DNA from: Bacteroidota bacterium
GTDB taxonomy: Bacteria > Bacteroidota > Bacteroidia > Bacteroidales > UBA12481
Direction of reading: 5' to 3'
Assembly: GCA_034658635.1 (NCBI GenBank)
Contig: JAYEFL010000286.1
Coordinates: 1,773 to 65,772, forward strand
Length of the DNA stretch: 64,000 bases
A program made the position numbers and the translations under genes. The notes beneath the pieces were generated by a model that did no database searches, was not told the DNA's origin, and worked only from the letters and a program-made list of their open reading frames with translations. Every line of letters begins with the position of its first letter. Position 1 is the first letter of the stretch. Below, piece by piece: positions 9,725 through 20,875 of this stretch.

Positions 9725-10180
9725 CTACTTGTCCATAAATTCCATTACCATCTTCCATACAATCTTATCATTTTCGGCTAATTCAAAAGCAGATAAAAGT
9801 TTATCCAGTTCATCATAGTAAGCCTCATATCTGTCATCAGTATCCCGGATCTCTCTAATGGCATTCACCCGTTTTGCATTCAGGGTAAAATGGATCAACT
9901 GTGTTCGCTTTTTAAATAACCAGAACCGGGGCTCACAAGAAAGATCGATCAGGTAATCAGGCAAGAAGTCACGAATTTGATTTCTGTATTCACCCGGAGT
10001 TTTTCTGAAAAGCATTGTTTCATCAGCCTTAACCGGCCCCAGGGTGATCCATGCATTTTGTTCTGGAATCAGGGCTCCAATCCACACTTCTTTATATGAC
10101 CTTTGGAGGCGTTCAAGCAATTGAACAGCAAAAGATGCTTCAATAGAATCTGAAGGAAATAACACAAGAAAGCGAACCAT
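9725..10180 (-). CDS. Hypothetical protein
   Basis: 151-aa ORF lying 14 nt downstream of atpC and 5 nt upstream of the U32 start. I recognise no motif. Confidence 0.5.
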   Translation of the reverse strand: MVRFLVLFPSDSIEASFAVQLLERLQRSYKEVWIGALIPEQNAWITLGPVKADETMLFRKTPGEYRNQIRDFLPDYLIDLSCEPRFWLFKKRTQLIHFTLNAKRVNAIREIRDTDDRYEAYYDELDKLLSAFELAENDKIVWKMVMEFMDK

Positions 10181-10194
10181 GAGTAATTTACAGA

Positions 10195-10464
10195 TTAGCT
10201 ATCCACTAATACAATCACGTTATTATCAACACATTCCACAACCCCTCGGTTTACCCCGAAAAATTGCTCTGTACCATTTTCCTCCACTACTTTGATTTGT
10301 CCTTTCTCCAAAGTGGATATAATGGGCGCATGGAGATTTAAGATCTCAAAAGATCCTTTGCTTCCCGGAAGTCTTATCAGCTTGATATCCCCGGCAAAGA
10401 GTTGTTTTTCAGGAGTGACAATTTCAAGGTACACAATAATAGAATTTTGTTGTTCATCGCCCAA
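10195..10464 (-). CDS. atpC: F1 ATP synthase subunit epsilon
   Basis: YLEIVTPEKQLF...GSFEILNLHAPIISTL is the epsilon N-terminal beta-sandwich. The ORF maximum begins with TTG at 10464. GTG at 10434, giving (M)YLEIVTPE, is an equally plausible start. It directly abuts the atpD stop. Confidence 0.85.
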   Translation of the reverse strand: MGDEQQNSIIVYLEIVTPEKQLFAGDIKLIRLPGSKGSFEILNLHAPIISTLEKGQIKVVEENGTEQFFGVNRGVVECVDNNVIVLVDS

Positions 10465-12018
<1,554 letters not shown>

Positions 12019-12993
12019 CTAGCTGACACGATCGATCAATTGTTTGGTGAACTTAATAAGCTCTGATTTATACTCTTCTGAAACATCAATATGATCAAGA
12101 GTCTTCAGGGCTTTTTGAGAGTAATTAAAAACCTGCTGACGCAGATATTGATCAACATTCAATTTTCTGAATATTTCAACTACCTCTCTTATCTTCTTAT
12201 CTCCATTTCCCCTTTTTGAAGAATACCACTTATTCAGCTTCTTTAAGCTGTCTTGATCAGCCATTTCCCTTGCTTTAATCAGCAAAAGAGTCTTTTTATT
12301 TGAAAGAATATCTCCTCCAATATTTTTCCCAAAAGTTTTAGGATTACCAAAAGAATCCAGATAATCATCCTGAAGCTGAAAAGCCATTCCCATATCATGT
12401 CCAAAGGAATACAGTTTTTCTGCCTGATCATTGCTTGCATTGCCAATCAGAGCACCGATTTTCAGACTGCCAGCAATCAAAACAGCAGTCTTCAGGCTTA
12501 TCATTTGCATATATTCATCCTCTTTGACCTCATCCCTTATCTCAAAATTAAGATCGTATTGCTGTCCTTCACACACTTCAAGAGCTGTTTTGTTGAAAAC
12601 ACCCAGCACTTCCGGTAGAATTTCGCGTTTTACAGATGCTATGTAAACATTTGCCTGGATTGCTAAAGCATCACCTGACAATATCGCCCTGTTGATATCC
12701 CATTTAATATGAACGGTTGGCTGATTTCTTCTTAGAAAAGCTTTGTCCATAATATCATCATGGAGCAAGGTAAAGTTGTGAAACATTTCAATTCCCAAAG
12801 CAGGCTTAAGGGCTGATGATACCTCGTTGTTGAAAATATGACAACCCATCAAAACAAGAACCGGACGTAGTCGTTTTCCTCCATTTCGAAGGGTATACCA
12901 GATGGGTTCATATAACTCTCTGGGTTCCATCAACTTTTCTTGTTGGTCTATCTCCTGTTCTATCAGAATATGAAGTTCTTCTAATGTCTTCAT
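12019..12993 (-). CDS. Polyprenyl diphosphate synthase (trans-isoprenyl diphosphate synthase family)
   Basis: 324 aa. The first Asp-rich motif is LLHDDIMD and the second is QLQDDYLD. Confidence 0.9.
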   Translation of the reverse strand: MKTLEELHILIEQEIDQQEKLMEPRELYEPIWYTLRNGGKRLRPVLVLMGCHIFNNEVSSALKPALGIEMFHNFTLLHDDIMDKAFLRRNQPTVHIKWDINRAILSGDALAIQANVYIASVKREILPEVLGVFNKTALEVCEGQQYDLNFEIRDEVKEDEYMQMISLKTAVLIAGSLKIGALIGNASNDQAEKLYSFGHDMGMAFQLQDDYLDSFGNPKTFGKNIGGDILSNKKTLLLIKAREMADQDSLKKLNKWYSSKRGNGDKKIREVVEIFRKLNVDQYLRQQVFNYSQKALKTLDHIDVSEEYKSELIKFTKQLIDRVS

Positions 12994-15299
12994 TGAATGA
13001 TTTTTGCATTTTTACTTGTAGCAATCAGGAGGGACGGAACTAAAAGCAGATTAGAAAAGACTGCTACAAATAATGTAATTGAAACCAGAATACCCATAGC
13101 TACCGTTCCCCCAAAGTCAGATGCTACAAAAATCCCAAAACCTAAAAACAAAACAATAACTGTGTAAATGATGCTTACTCCAACCTCCTTGATGGCATTC
13201 AATACGGCAGCTTCCGGAGAAACACCAAAGCAAAGGAGTTCTTGTCTGTATTTGGCCAGAAAATGAATGGCTGTGTCAACAGAGATCCCGAAGGCCACAG
13301 AAAACACCAGAACAGTTGACATTTTTATTGGAATACCAAAGAAACCCATAAGCCCAGCAGTAATAACCAAAGGCAGAATATTCGGCAGAATACTGATTAT
13401 AACCATTCTTAGAGATTTAAACATGATGGCCATAAACAAGGATATTAACAGTACAGCTAATCCTAAACTCCAGAATAAATTCCTTACCAGGTAACTTGTT
13501 CCCAAAGAAAAGGTCAGGCTGGAGCCTGTCAGACTGGTAGAATACTTTTCAGGTGGGAAAAACCGATTGAGATCATTCTGTATACTATCCTGCAACTCCC
13601 GCATCCCATAAGTTCCAATATCCTCAACCCTCATGCTTACTCTCAGCTTCTGATTCAGAGAATCAACGAAAGAGGTAAGCAAATGATTGTTGTCGTCCTG
13701 ACCCTTAAGATAGCTCAGGATAAAGTTTTTTTCCTGATTGCTGGGCATCCGGTAATGTTTAATAATTCCGTTAAAATAAGCCTGTCTTGCAAACTTCAAT
13801 CCATCGACAACTGAAAAGGACGGTGATAATTGCGGATAGGTTTTCAGCTTTTTCTGGAGCGCTTCCACTTTCTTCAAAGTAGTCATTTGAAGCACTCCGT
13901 TGGGTTTGTGGGTATCAATTAAGATTTCTAAAGGCATAACACCATTCATATGCTTCTCGAAAAATTTAAGATCTACATATAAGGGGTGATCTTTAGGAAT
14001 ATCATCAACAATATATCCGGTTGCCTTTATTCTGGAAATCCCGATAATCGCAAAAATCATGAAAACTGTTACACTCAGAAATATATATATACGTTTATTA
14101 GTAACAGCAATGACAAACCAGTTGACAACTTTCTTAATCCACTTGTTTTCAAGGTGTCTTGTTTCTCCTTTACCTGGTGGAGGCAAAAAAGAGAATATTA
14201 TTGGAATCAGAGTAATAGAAATAACAAACAAAACCAAAATATTCAGTGAAGCCACCTGACCAAAGTGATTCAAAATTCGATTCTGAATAATCATAAATGT
14301 AGCAAAACCTGCAGCGGTTGTCAGGTTTGTGAGAAATATTGCATTTCCAACTTTTTGAATGGTTCGTTGCAGGGCTTTGATTTTATTCCCATGTTTCAAA
14401 TATTCCTGATGATATTTGTTCAGCAGGAATACACAATTGGGTATCCCGATCACAATAATTACGGTCGGAATCATCCCGGTCAGAAGTGTAATCTTATAAT
14501 CAAGCAAAACTATCATTCCCAAAGAACAAGCTACTCCTAATAACACAACAAAAAGGCTGAAGAGAACCACCTTGAATGAACGAAAAAACAGGAATAACAC
14601 AATAGCCAGTACAGCAGCAGCCAGTATAATGAATTTGATAAGATCAGCCTTGATCATGATTGCATACTGGGTTCTGACGTAAGGCAAACCTGAAAAATGC
14701 ATGTCAAGGTCATGATGGGTCCCAAAATCTTTTGCCAGTGACTCAATTTCTCCCACTATTGTTTCGCGGATTTTCTGGTTGATAACATCTTTATTCATAG
14801 AAACAGTCATCACCATAACCTGAGCAGAATCAGCATAGAGGAGGTTTTTATATATGGGCAGCGAATGAAAAACCTGTAATAAACTGTCAAGTTCAGACTG
14901 GCTTTGCACTTCATCCGGAAATATCCGTGTGATATTGAATACCTTATTTTGAAAATCCTTTTTGAGATTATAGGCATCTGATGCCGTAAGCACTTGCTCA
15001 ACGCCTTCAATAGTTTTTATCCTTTCACGCAACTTATTCCAGTCATTGTATTTATCAACCTGGAAAAAGTCTTCATCCTCACAGCCAAAAAGGAATATGG
15101 TTGCATCTTCACCAAACTCTTCAATGAACTCCTGTAGCTTTACTGAAACAGGGTGAGAATCAGGCAATAGCCCAGCATATCCATAATCCAATTTCAGAAA
15201 TTGAATCTGATACGCCATGAATCCTGTCAATCCCAAAATCAATATCAGGATGACTATTCTATATCGTAAAATAACTCGGGCAAGAGCAGTCCAGATCAT
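12990..15299 (-). CDS. MMPL/RND-superfamily (sterol-sensing-domain type) membrane transporter
   Basis: About 770 aa, built as two repeats of a large loop plus a 6-TM bundle. ATG 15299 is preferred over the TTG at 15305. The stop overlaps the polyprenyl synthase start (ATGA). Confidence 0.8.
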   Translation of the reverse strand: MIWTALARVILRYRIVILILILGLTGFMAYQIQFLKLDYGYAGLLPDSHPVSVKLQEFIEEFGEDATIFLFGCEDEDFFQVDKYNDWNKLRERIKTIEGVEQVLTASDAYNLKKDFQNKVFNITRIFPDEVQSQSELDSLLQVFHSLPIYKNLLYADSAQVMVMTVSMNKDVINQKIRETIVGEIESLAKDFGTHHDLDMHFSGLPYVRTQYAIMIKADLIKFIILAAAVLAIVLFLFFRSFKVVLFSLFVVLLGVACSLGMIVLLDYKITLLTGMIPTVIIVIGIPNCVFLLNKYHQEYLKHGNKIKALQRTIQKVGNAIFLTNLTTAAGFATFMIIQNRILNHFGQVASLNILVLFVISITLIPIIFSFLPPPGKGETRHLENKWIKKVVNWFVIAVTNKRIYIFLSVTVFMIFAIIGISRIKATGYIVDDIPKDHPLYVDLKFFEKHMNGVMPLEILIDTHKPNGVLQMTTLKKVEALQKKLKTYPQLSPSFSVVDGLKFARQAYFNGIIKHYRMPSNQEKNFILSYLKGQDDNNHLLTSFVDSLNQKLRVSMRVEDIGTYGMRELQDSIQNDLNRFFPPEKYSTSLTGSSLTFSLGTSYLVRNLFWSLGLAVLLISLFMAIMFKSLRMVIISILPNILPLVITAGLMGFFGIPIKMSTVLVFSVAFGISVDTAIHFLAKYRQELLCFGVSPEAAVLNAIKEVGVSIIYTVIVLFLGFGIFVASDFGGTVAMGILVSITLFVAVFSNLLLVPSLLIATSKNAKIIQ

Positions 15300-15480
15300 A
15301 ACCAACCAATAGTTCCTTATAACTACAGCAAGAGTCAGCTAAATTAATACTTCTCTGCCTATTACCAAACCTTACGGCAGAGGCTTGGTTCATTTTAAGT
15401 TAATTCTAGCTTAACATTATCTTAACTTACATACCTGTAATTTATCACAATTTTGCATAACCCAAAAAACCTTATACAGG

Positions 15481-17721
15481 ATGGAAAACTTTTACATATT
15501 CATCGTCATAATTCTCTTTCTGTTAGCTATTTCCGATTTGGTCGTCGGAGTTAGCAATGATGCTGTTAACTTTCTAAATTCTGCAATCGGCTCAAAAGCA
15601 GCTCCCTTTCGTGCAATTATGATTGTTGCTGCCGCAGGGATATTGGTTGGAGCCACTTTCTCAAGTGGGATGATGGAAGTTGCCAGAAAGGGGATCATGC
15701 ACCCTGAACAGTTCTATTTTTCAGAGATCATGCTGATCTTTCTGGCTGTGATGATGACTGATATTATTCTCCTTGATCTTTATAATACTTTTGGCTTACC
15801 CACCTCTACCACCGTTTCGATTGTTTTTGAATTGCTCGGTGCCTCAGTAGCACTCTCAGTAATTAAGATGAAGCATATTGGACAGCCACTTAGCGAGATG
15901 GGGCAGTACATTAACTCTGAAAAAGCTCTGGCCATCATATTCGGCATTCTGATTTCAGTTGTTATTTCATTTGTAGTAGGAGCTTTTTTTCAATATTTAG
16001 CCAGAATCCTCTTTTCTTTCAATTATGAAAAATCATATAAAAGGTTCGGAGCTTTATTCGGTGGACTGGCCATTGCAGCACTAACATATTTCATGGTTAT
16101 AAAAGGAGCCAAAGGATCTTCACTGATTACAGCGGAGAGTTTGGTTTGGATAAAAGATCATACTCTCATAATAATACTACTAAGCTTTGCAGGCTGGAGT
16201 ATTATTCTGCAGATACTATTTTGGCTGACAAAAATCAACATCTTCAAACTTATCGTTATGGTCGGAACATTCAGTCTGGCCATGGCATTTGCTGGTAATG
16301 ATCTGGTGAATTTTATCGGAGTACCACTTGCTGGATTAGAAGCTTTCAAAAGTTTCATTGCAGATCCACTTGCTCAACCTGACACAATGTTGATGACAGT
16401 GTTGCAAGGAAAAGTAAAAACACCTACAATATTCCTCCTAATAGCTGGTCTGATAATGGTAATAACCCTCTGGACATCCAGAAAGGCAAGAGCTGTCACA
16501 AAGACTACTCTGGACTTAACCAGGCAGGAAGAAGGTTACGAGCGTTTCAACTCCTCTGGATTTGCCCGTGTAATTGTACGACATTCAAGAGTAGCCGGAG
16601 CATTTTTCCATCGGGTTATTCCCGGATCAGTACTCAGGGCAATTGAAAAAAGATTTGAACCAGCACCCATAAAAGAAGGGGTCAATGTTGTATCTTTTGA
16701 CCTGATAAGAGCATCCGTTATATTAGTTGTGGCGGCAATTCTGATTGCTATCGGAACATCTCTGAAACTTCCTTTATCAACAACCTATGTTACCTTCATG
16801 GTAGCTATGGGAACCTCTTTAGCCGACCGGGCCTGGGGTCGCGAAAGCGCAGTTTACAGAATAACCGGAGTGCTTACCATTATTGCTGGCTGGTTTGTCA
16901 CTGCCTTTCTTGCTTTTACTGCCTCATTTCTAATCGCAAACCTAATTAACTGGGGGGGATTAATAGCAATTATTATCCTGATTAGCCTCACTGTTTTTCT
17001 TGCAATCAAAACACAGATAGATCATAAAAGGAAAAACAAAAAAGAGGAGGATCAGATTTTGAAGCCAACAACAAATGGTACTTATACCTTTGAAATACTG
17101 AGTTCATGTACAAGCAATGTTGTTGAAGTGCTGCAGTCAACAAAAATCAGTTATCTAATGGTGCTTAATGGCCTGATTTCAGAAGACCGGAAAGTTCTTA
17201 AAAATGCAAACAAGAATATTAAGGAATTGAATCTTCGGGCAAAAGAAATAAAAGACAATATTCCGATTACTATTTCTAATTTGCCGATAGATTCAACTGA
17301 TATTGGCCACTATTATATTCAGGAAGTAGACTATTTGAGGGAGGTAGCACACTGCATGACATACATTTCACAACCAGCATATAAGCATGTTGACAATCAA
17401 CACAAAGCACTAATCCCTACTCAGGCAGAAGAACTCACCTATCTGGGGCAACAAGTTGATCAATTATTACAGGATATTCTGAGCATTATTAATAATATGG
17501 ATGTTTCACGAATGGACGATTTGATAAAATTCCAACAGACAATTTTGGAAACTACCGACCAATACAGAAAAAATCAATTGAAAAGACTAAAATCAGAATT
17601 GGTTGGGACCAGAAACAGCTTACTGTTTATTGGATTATTACATGAAACACGAAATTTACTCCTGCATCTGATTAATCTGACTAAAGCTCATAGGGATTTT
17701 TCACTCAATCAGGACAAGTAA
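15481..17721 (+). CDS. Inorganic phosphate transporter (PiT/PHO4 family) with long C-terminal cytoplasmic helical (PhoU-like) extension
   Basis: 746 aa. Both PiT signature regions are present (GVSNDAVNFL and AGNDLVNFIGVPLAG). The last ~230 aa are soluble and helical. Confidence 0.85.
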   Translation: MENFYIFIVIILFLLAISDLVVGVSNDAVNFLNSAIGSKAAPFRAIMIVAAAGILVGATFSSGMMEVARKGIMHPEQFYFSEIMLIFLAVMMTDIILLDLYNTFGLPTSTTVSIVFELLGASVALSVIKMKHIGQPLSEMGQYINSEKALAIIFGILISVVISFVVGAFFQYLARILFSFNYEKSYKRFGALFGGLAIAALTYFMVIKGAKGSSLITAESLVWIKDHTLIIILLSFAGWSIILQILFWLTKINIFKLIVMVGTFSLAMAFAGNDLVNFIGVPLAGLEAFKSFIADPLAQPDTMLMTVLQGKVKTPTIFLLIAGLIMVITLWTSRKARAVTKTTLDLTRQEEGYERFNSSGFARVIVRHSRVAGAFFHRVIPGSVLRAIEKRFEPAPIKEGVNVVSFDLIRASVILVVAAILIAIGTSLKLPLSTTYVTFMVAMGTSLADRAWGRESAVYRITGVLTIIAGWFVTAFLAFTASFLIANLINWGGLIAIIILISLTVFLAIKTQIDHKRKNKKEEDQILKPTTNGTYTFEILSSCTSNVVEVLQSTKISYLMVLNGLISEDRKVLKNANKNIKELNLRAKEIKDNIPITISNLPIDSTDIGHYYIQEVDYLREVAHCMTYISQPAYKHVDNQHKALIPTQAEELTYLGQQVDQLLQDILSIINNMDVSRMDDLIKFQQTILETTDQYRKNQLKRLKSELVGTRNSLLFIGLLHETRNLLLHLINLTKAHRDFSLNQDK

Positions 17722-17742
17722 AAAAGCTGAATAATAAAGATG

Positions 17743-17772
17743 GCCTGTTCAATTTGATTTGAACGGGTTTTC
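17743..17772 (+). terminator. Rho-independent terminator after the PiT gene
   Basis: The stem CCTGTTCAA/TTGAACGGG (9 bp, one G-U pair) has loop TTTGAT and is followed by TTTT. Confidence 0.5.
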
Positions 17773-17798
17773 TATCTTTAAGCCTTCAAATCTCAACT

Positions 17799-19496
17799 AT
17801 GGAATTTGGTATTGTTGAAATCCTGAAGCTTGTTGGTTCACTTGGCGTTTTTCTTTTCGGCATGAAACTGATGAGCGAAGCCCTCCAAAAGGTTTCTGGC
17901 AGTAAGCTGCGTAGCATTCTGGCTGCTATGACCTCGTCAAAAATTAAGGGGATTCTATCCGGAGTTCTTATCACTGCAGTTATCCAATCATCATCAGCTA
18001 CCACCGTCATGCTGGTCAGCTTTGTAAATGCCGGACTTATTAATCTTGTTGAATCAATTGGTATCATTATGGGTGCTAATATTGGCACAACAGTAACTGC
18101 CTGGCTGATTTCAGTTCTTGGCTTTAAGGTTCAAATAAGTGCTTTGAGTCTGCCCCTGATCGGAATTACGCTGCCCCTTTTGTTTTCGAAAAACGACAAA
18201 AACCGATCTCTGGGTGAAATTGCGCTGGGCTTTGCCCTGCTATTTATCGGACTAGACTATCTGAAGGCCAACCTTCCTGATATTAAGAACAATCCGCAAA
18301 TTCTTGAGTTCCTGTCGGCATTCAATGACCTGGGGATAGGGTCCTTTGTTATCTTCCTGACTATAGGAACTATACTAACGGTGGTTATTCAATCTTCTTC
18401 TGCAACCATGGCATTGACACTGGTTATGTGCAGTAATGGCTGGATTGGATTTGAAACAGCAGCAGCATTGGTTCTTGGTGAAAATATAGGAACTACAATA
18501 ACTGCAAATCTTGCAGCATCGGTTGCCAATATATCTGCCAAACAAACAGCAAGAGCCCATTTTCTCTTCAATTTCTTCGGGGTCTTGTGGATGGCCCTGG
18601 CTTTTCCCTTTTTCCTTAAAGGTATAAATTTCATTGTAATGCAAGGAGGTGCTGAGTCGGCTTTTGAATCTTCTAAAAGCCTGCCGATCGCTTTATCCTT
18701 GTTTCATACCGTTTTTAATATCATCAACGTTATACTGATGATTCCGTTTACCAAACTCATCGCAAAAACTGCAATTCGACTAGTAAAACCTGCTGAGGAA
18801 GATGAAGAATTTCATCTCAAATATATAACTACAGGATTACTTGATACTGCTGAGTTATCTTTGCTGCAGTGTAAAAATGAAATTGTTTCATATTCTGAGC
18901 ACGTTGAAAAAATGTTCCTCCAGGTTAAAGATCTTCTCACAGAAACAAATCCCAAAAAGTTTAACAAGCAATTAGAAAAGATTGAAAAATGGGAGGAAAC
19001 CAGTGATCTTACAGAATTGGAAATTGCAAAATACCTAACCCAGATATCTGGCAATCACCTGAGTACCAGAGGGTCTGTGAAGATTAAGGTGTATCTAAAT
19101 ATTATTGACAATCTGGAAAGCATCTCTGATTCAGCATATAACCTGTCTAAATCCTTTAAAAGAAAAGCAAGAGAGAAAGCCTGGTTTAGTCCGGAAATAA
19201 GAGAGAATATTCAAGAAATCTTTAATCTGGTTGAAGGATCACTTGATAATATGTGTGATATGCTCAAAGCTGATACCTCCTCATTAGATCTCATTAAAGC
19301 TGATGAACTGGAAACCAACATTAACCAGTATAGAAATAAGCTTAGAAAAGAACACCTTGCCAGTATTGAAGACCAGAAAGAGTATACTTATTTTGCCGGA
19401 GTTATTTACAGCGATCTGTTTGCCGAAAGCGAAAAACTAGCTGATTACGTATACAATGTTTGTGAATCTGCCGCAGAATTAAACAGCAGAGAATAA
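17799..19496 (+). CDS. Na+/phosphate cotransporter family protein (NptA/YjbB type) with C-terminal PhoU-like domain
   Basis: 565 aa with duplicated QSSSATT motifs (IQSSSATTVMLVSF, IQSSSATMALTLV) and a C-terminal helical PhoU-like region. Confidence 0.85.
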   Translation: MEFGIVEILKLVGSLGVFLFGMKLMSEALQKVSGSKLRSILAAMTSSKIKGILSGVLITAVIQSSSATTVMLVSFVNAGLINLVESIGIIMGANIGTTVTAWLISVLGFKVQISALSLPLIGITLPLLFSKNDKNRSLGEIALGFALLFIGLDYLKANLPDIKNNPQILEFLSAFNDLGIGSFVIFLTIGTILTVVIQSSSATMALTLVMCSNGWIGFETAAALVLGENIGTTITANLAASVANISAKQTARAHFLFNFFGVLWMALAFPFFLKGINFIVMQGGAESAFESSKSLPIALSLFHTVFNIINVILMIPFTKLIAKTAIRLVKPAEEDEEFHLKYITTGLLDTAELSLLQCKNEIVSYSEHVEKMFLQVKDLLTETNPKKFNKQLEKIEKWEETSDLTELEIAKYLTQISGNHLSTRGSVKIKVYLNIIDNLESISDSAYNLSKSFKRKAREKAWFSPEIRENIQEIFNLVEGSLDNMCDMLKADTSSLDLIKADELETNINQYRNKLRKEHLASIEDQKEYTYFAGVIYSDLFAESEKLADYVYNVCESAAELNSRE

Positions 19497-19499
19497 TTC

Positions 19500-20870
19500 C
19501 TAAAATAACTCCCGGATCATTTGCTTGAGATGCTCCGGGTTTCTGGGTTTTCCAATAACTTTTCTCTCCTTATCCAGCAAAATCATAGTTGGAGTTGCCC
19601 TGATACCATAGTCATATGCAATAGAGCAATCCCATCCTTTCAGTTCGGAGAAGTTTATCCAGGAATACTGACCTAAGCCAAGAGCCTTTTGGTATTCATT
19701 AGAATCCTTATCCAGAGAAATCGACAAAATCTCGAAGCCCTTACTTTTATACTGGTCATAAATATGCTTGATCTCAGGTAGCATTTCAGTACAATGCTGA
19801 CACCAGCTGGCCCAGAATAAAACCATTACAACAGGCTGCTTCATTTCAGAGAGGATAAGGGGACCTGAGGATAGAGGCAGGATTATTTCAGGAGCTGTAA
19901 TTCCCAATTCAGTTTTCTTAATAGCTGCTAATGTTTCAGCCAACTCGCGGTTTCGTGATTCATCTTTACATGAAGCATCTAAAAGGAAGTTCTCTGTGAA
20001 ATAAGCGAAGAATGCTTCATATTCAGAACGTTCAAACATGCTGGCAATTTCTTGCAGAAGAAAAGAGTAAACCAAATCATTCACAGCCGCCTGAGACAAA
20101 AGCCGGTTCAATCCACCGATCATTGCTTCCTCAAGTTCATTAGGAGGGAATGCCTGTTGATACACCCCAAAATAGCTTTTCACCCGGGATATCAGGGGTG
20201 GACTGTACATCAATACGGAATCACTGAAGTCAACACCAGCAAAGAAGTTCTCTAAGATGTAATCACGTTCTTCCTCTATACTCAAACCAACCGGTACCCG
20301 GGGTGATTTCTCAACTTTCAGAAATCTGGCCACATAGCTGTTGGGGTAATTTTGAATTATTTGCTTTGATACAGATTCAGGGTCTGTTTGTCTTATTCCT
20401 GCCAGTTCCTTTTCAATTTCCTTATAAAAAGACTCAGATGGATCATACAGGCTCAGTAAACTTGAAAGATACTCCCTCTTTCTATTCAGCATCATGAAAA
20501 AATTCATGTACCTGTTCCACAGTTTATTCTCTTCAGAACTGATAACCTTAAGATTATCAACAGGGGCATTAAAGTTGGTATGAAGAACAATATTCTCCTT
20601 ATTGAAAATAAAATCAAGCCAGGTTCGGGGTCCCATCACCATTCTGTACATTCCGGGATGAGCATCGGCAGGTAATAAAAAGTCAATCTGACCAGGATGG
20701 GTAGTATGAACAGAATCAATCATACCTCCAGTTTTATCGCCAATAAATTCATACAGGTATGCCTTTGACGTTAACATGGAGTCTACCTGAATCCGAATCG
20801 TATACTGACCTTGGACACTGTTGAATAAAAGACCTTGTAAAAGAAGCAATAATATCCAAATTCGGTTCAT
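19500..20870 (-). CDS. TlpA/AhpC-TSA family thiol:disulfide oxidoreductase with large N-terminal domain
   Basis: 456 aa with a signal peptide. The C-terminal thioredoxin fold carries the WASWCQHC active site. Confidence 0.75.
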   Translation of the reverse strand: MNRIWILLLLLQGLLFNSVQGQYTIRIQVDSMLTSKAYLYEFIGDKTGGMIDSVHTTHPGQIDFLLPADAHPGMYRMVMGPRTWLDFIFNKENIVLHTNFNAPVDNLKVISSEENKLWNRYMNFFMMLNRKREYLSSLLSLYDPSESFYKEIEKELAGIRQTDPESVSKQIIQNYPNSYVARFLKVEKSPRVPVGLSIEEERDYILENFFAGVDFSDSVLMYSPPLISRVKSYFGVYQQAFPPNELEEAMIGGLNRLLSQAAVNDLVYSFLLQEIASMFERSEYEAFFAYFTENFLLDASCKDESRNRELAETLAAIKKTELGITAPEIILPLSSGPLILSEMKQPVVMVLFWASWCQHCTEMLPEIKHIYDQYKSKGFEILSISLDKDSNEYQKALGLGQYSWINFSELKGWDCSIAYDYGIRATPTMILLDKERKVIGKPRNPEHLKQMIRELF

Positions 20871-20875
20871 ATCTC

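Noticed and set aside
15353-15382. A hairpin CTCTGCC...GGCAGAG, with an overlapping CCAAACC/GGCTTGG pairing, lies in the divergent MMPL/PiT promoter region. I considered it as a possible leader or riboswitch.
   Set aside because: The stems are short (7 bp), it resembles no known riboswitch core, and its strand and function cannot be assigned from sequence alone.
19494-19502. The convergent stop codons of NptA and the TlpA-like gene are only 3 nt apart. I considered whether this reflects an assembly or annotation artefact.
   Set aside because: Both ORFs are full length with intact C-terminal motifs, and tight convergent packing is plausible. It is noted under the TlpA finding instead.
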